Shown here one piece after another: positions 61,307 through 64,000 of a stretch of 64,000 nucleotides of DNA. Location: IMG/VR virus record IMGVR_UViG_3300044825_003036; one strand, written 5' to 3'. Position 1 is the first letter of the stretch; each line of letters opens with the position of its first letter. The position numbers were made by a program, and so were the translations under genes. The DNA comes from an uncultured virus (IMG/VR IMGVR_UViG_3300044825_003036) (lineage: Duplodnaviria > Heunggongvirae > Uroviricota > Caudoviricetes). The notes under the pieces are model-generated. The model saw nothing but the letters and a program-made list of their open reading frames with translations. It made no database searches and had not been told where the DNA came from.

Positions 61307-61550
61307 TGAGCGAGCTAACAGCAGCGCCGGAAGATGCGGCGCCAGAGACCTACATTCTGAGCGACGAGGAGCACTTGCGCTGCCTGATCGCTGGCGCAGC
61401 CCAGTTGGGGTTGGTGCCGGCTGAACGGTTGGCGCGAGTAAGCCGGGCTCGGTTCGAGCAGGTGGCCAACGGGGCAGTGTTGGCGCTCTGGGTTCGGCCG
61501 GCTCCAGTTGAACCGCGAGCACCACGCCCAAAGCGGAAGCGGAACACCCA

Positions 61551-61844
61551 ATGATCGAGCCCCAGCGGTCGGAGCCATACCTGACGTTCATTCGTCAACT
61601 GCCGTGCTTGTTCTGCAAGCGTGCACCTGGCGGGCAGGCCCATCACGAGGGCAAGCGGCAAGGCGGCGGGGTGTCGCTCAAGGGCTGCGACTTCCACACG
61701 GTGCCGCTGTGCGCTGGCTGTCATGCGGAGTACCACCAACGAGCTCGGATCCAATTCTGGTCGGTCGAGGAGACTCAGCGGCGTTTCGCGCGCTCAATCG
61801 AGCGGACAATGAAGCGCTGGAGGACAGAGCATGGCAGCGCGTAA
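61551..61844 (+). CDS. DUF968/HNH-like zinc-binding nuclease
   Basis: RSEPYLTFIRQLPCLFC...AHH...K..D..TVPLCAGCH..H. Confidence 0.8.
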   Translation: MIEPQRSEPYLTFIRQLPCLFCKRAPGGQAHHEGKRQGGGVSLKGCDFHTVPLCAGCHAEYHQRARIQFWSVEETQRRFARSIERTMKRWRTEHGSA

Positions 61845-62331
61845 GAAGAAAATGTCCAAGCGGGAGCAGCTCCTGGCTCGGCACGTCGCGATCCGTCTGC
61901 TCGCTTCGATGGCGGAGGACGATGAGGTGATCGAGGCGCTGGTCAAGCAATACAACATCCAGGACGCGCTAGCGAAACGGATCGTGGTGTCGGCCTGGGA
62001 CGAAATTATCAGCGCGGACGACGGTATGGTGACGAGCCAAAAGAAGGGGCTCCTGCTGATGGCGACCCGAGAACACTACCGCCGCTGCCTGGAGGCGAAA
62101 GACCTAGCGCAGGGGACGGCGTCGCTCCGGCTCTTGGCGCGGCTGTTCGGCGTGGACAAGAGCGATCCAACGTCGATCGACCCATCGCAACCAGCGAAGG
62201 ACGAGTTCGCGGGACGGAGCCCCGCAGATCTGCGGTTCTACGCTCAAAACGGCCATTTCCCGGAGGAGGCACGGGCCCCTCAGGCTAAGAAGTCAACGAA
62301 AACGGAGGACCCCCTTTCGGGGCTACACTGA
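61831..62331 (+). CDS. Helical DNA-binding protein; possible terminase small subunit
   Basis: HTH-like N-terminus and LLARLFGVDK motif; no other TerS candidate seen. Confidence 0.35.
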   Translation: MAARKKKMSKREQLLARHVAIRLLASMAEDDEVIEALVKQYNIQDALAKRIVVSAWDEIISADDGMVTSQKKGLLLMATREHYRRCLEAKDLAQGTASLRLLARLFGVDKSDPTSIDPSQPAKDEFAGRSPADLRFYAQNGHFPEEARAPQAKKSTKTEDPLSGLH

Positions 62332-62334
62332 CCA

Positions 62335-62697
62335 ATGAACGAAGTCGCTACAGACCAACACGGCCGCCCGCTGCTCAAGGGGCTGGCAAAAAAACTGATC
62401 GTCCTAGAACGCCGTCGGGAGTTCCTGTTGGAGTCGCTGGATCGTCGGACCGGGCCCGGCGGAAACAAGGGCCGGCAGTTTGCCGAGCAGGAGGCGGACG
62501 CGCTGGGCACCGCGATTGTGGCGCTAAGATACCACCTTGCTGTAATCGAGGGGCTCGACACTCCCATTTCTGTGTTGCGGGAGGTGGTTACTGCCTACGA
62601 CGGACCACCAAACGGAGAAGCGAAGTTGCGCGCGGCGGTGCGTCGCGGTAGGGCTGTCGTGGACGAGTTCGAGGCTCTTACGAGGACGACGGCATGA
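62335..62697 (+). CDS. Hypothetical protein
   Basis: 120 aa ORF. Confidence 0.55.
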   Translation: MNEVATDQHGRPLLKGLAKKLIVLERRREFLLESLDRRTGPGGNKGRQFAEQEADALGTAIVALRYHLAVIEGLDTPISVLREVVTAYDGPPNGEAKLRAAVRRGRAVVDEFEALTRTTA

Positions 62698-63107
62698 CTC
62701 AACGACGGCGCGCAGTGGTGGTGGAGTTCCCCAACGGGGTCGAGACGAAACCCACGTTGCAGCGCCGACGACGTCAGTCGGGGGTGGTGGCTGTTACGTG
62801 GCAGAAAAGAAAAAGGGGGCCGACAGAAAGTTTCCCTTTGCTGCGCGGATGACCAGAGCTAGGTTTGCGGTGGGCTAGGGCCCGAACGAAAGGGTTAGTG
62901 GGATGTTGACGAGAAAAACCCAAAAGGTGGGTCTGTGAAGTGCCTGTTTTGCAGGCAGTGGTTTGAGTTGTCGTCGCTGCCAGACCCGCGGATCGCTTGT
63001 TGTGCGCGCTGTGGGCAGCAAACCACGCGGAGCGAGCAGCGCGATACGGTGCAGATCCCAGCGTCGCTACAGCGGGCGCTGGTAGCCGCTAGTCGGGGTG
63101 CACAGTG

Positions 63108-63590
63108 ATGGCCGACACGCGCAAGCCGCCGAGCCGCCGACAAGGCGACGCGCTCAAGGTGATCCGCACCTACGTGGCGGAGCGGGGCATGCCGCCCACG
63201 TTGCGTGAGCTTGGGCAGGCACTAGAGATCCGCTCGACGCAAGGCGTGTCTTGCCTGCTGGATGGTCTGATCCGCAAGGGCTGGCTCCGTAAGGACGAGA
63301 TGAAGTCCCGCGGGTTGCAGCTCGTGAACGAAGCTGGCGAGATCGAGCCGGGCGGCATGGCATCAGCCGTGATGGTGCAGCCGGTGGCCAAGTGGCTGGA
63401 CTTTCGCGACAGCCCGCCGATTGGGCTGTCGATCTGCTTGCGCGCCCCGGCGAAAGACAGTCGGTTCCTGCTGGGCGGCATTCGTCGAGGGGCTTACGAC
63501 TACATTCTGGTGGTCGCGGGCTCTCGGCGGATGCTGTACCTGATGGGGCTTGGCTTCAACGAGTGGAGCTCAGTGGAGGGCTTCCTATGA
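63108..63590 (+). CDS. LexA-type winged-helix DNA-binding domain fused to an unrelated C-terminus (no S24 peptidase)
   Basis: RQGDALKVI...GMPPTLRELGQALEIRSTQGV..LL..L.RKGWL.....SRGL. Confidence 0.8.
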   Translation: MADTRKPPSRRQGDALKVIRTYVAERGMPPTLRELGQALEIRSTQGVSCLLDGLIRKGWLRKDEMKSRGLQLVNEAGEIEPGGMASAVMVQPVAKWLDFRDSPPIGLSICLRAPAKDSRFLLGGIRRGAYDYILVVAGSRRMLYLMGLGFNEWSSVEGFL

Positions 63591-63781
63591 GCCGAGTTGA
63601 TGTGGTGTGCGTGGCGGCGTGCGTAATCGTCGTGGCGATTGTTTTGGGCTGGCTCATTCAAAAGAGTGAGGAATGCGAGCAGCGGCGATGCCCAGGAGCT
63701 CAGCATGCGGAGTTGTTAGGTGGCTGGCGCGCGCGCGAGTGGCGCTGCCTTTGCGTCCAAGAACCGGAGGCCAGCCCGTGA
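63587..63781 (+). CDS. Small membrane protein with a Cys-rich ectodomain
   Basis: ATGA overlap; TM segment VVCVAACVIVVAIVLGWLI. Confidence 0.5.
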   Translation: MSRVDVVCVAACVIVVAIVLGWLIQKSEECEQRRCPGAQHAELLGGWRAREWRCLCVQEPEASP

Positions 63782-64000
63782 TCCATGGGTTCCTTGGTCG
63801 CAAGCTGTCCATCGGGCGGCGCGCTTCCGTTACGGTGGACGGCGTGAGGTATTCGCTGCTGGTCACGGATGAACCGGATAACGGATTCGTTGGCGTTCCG
63901 TGGGCGAAGGTCTGGAGGATCGAAAGCATCCCGGGAAGGGATTCGTTTGAATCCGCGAAGTTAACAACCGGAGAATTTAACGAGCCATGAAACTCTGCAT

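Overview
This window is most of the genome of a GC-rich, contractile-tailed (myovirus-type) dsDNA phage. Every gene I find credible is on the + strand, and I see no integrase, DNA polymerase, reverse transcriptase or CRISPR array. Layout: small accessory genes and an adenine MTase (1-6.2 kb); TerL, portal and a MuF/head-morphogenesis protein with a C-terminal R-S-E ADP-ribosyltransferase domain (6.2-12.3 kb); an inserted accessory cassette with a TARG1/DarG-type macrodomain, an ASCH/DUF3850 domain and a Cys-His-Asp protein (12.3-15.7 kb); scaffold, major capsid, neck, sheath, tube, frameshifted tail chaperone, tape measure, baseplate and fibres (15.8-42.9 kb); amidase, holin and ParB-MTase (42.9-45.6 kb); a ~1.15 kb non-coding block with an initiator-type tRNA-Met flanked by several highly paired candidate ncRNAs (45.6-46.8 kb); and an early region with a MoxR AAA+/VWA pair, a PD-(D/E)XK nuclease/AAA_24/SSB recombination module, a RuvC-like protein, DUF968 and a LexA DNA-binding-domain protein (46.8-64 kb). 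The main leads are (i) the virion-borne ART writer with a candidate immunity gene and a macrodomain eraser just downstream, (ii) the ncRNA cluster around the tRNA, and (iii) a covarying 5-bp hairpin + AACGAAAGGAC leader in front of about 10 early genes, contrasting with apparently leaderless late genes. Several local frame breaks sit at G-runs and may be assembly errors. All family assignments come from motif recognition by eye, not from database searches.
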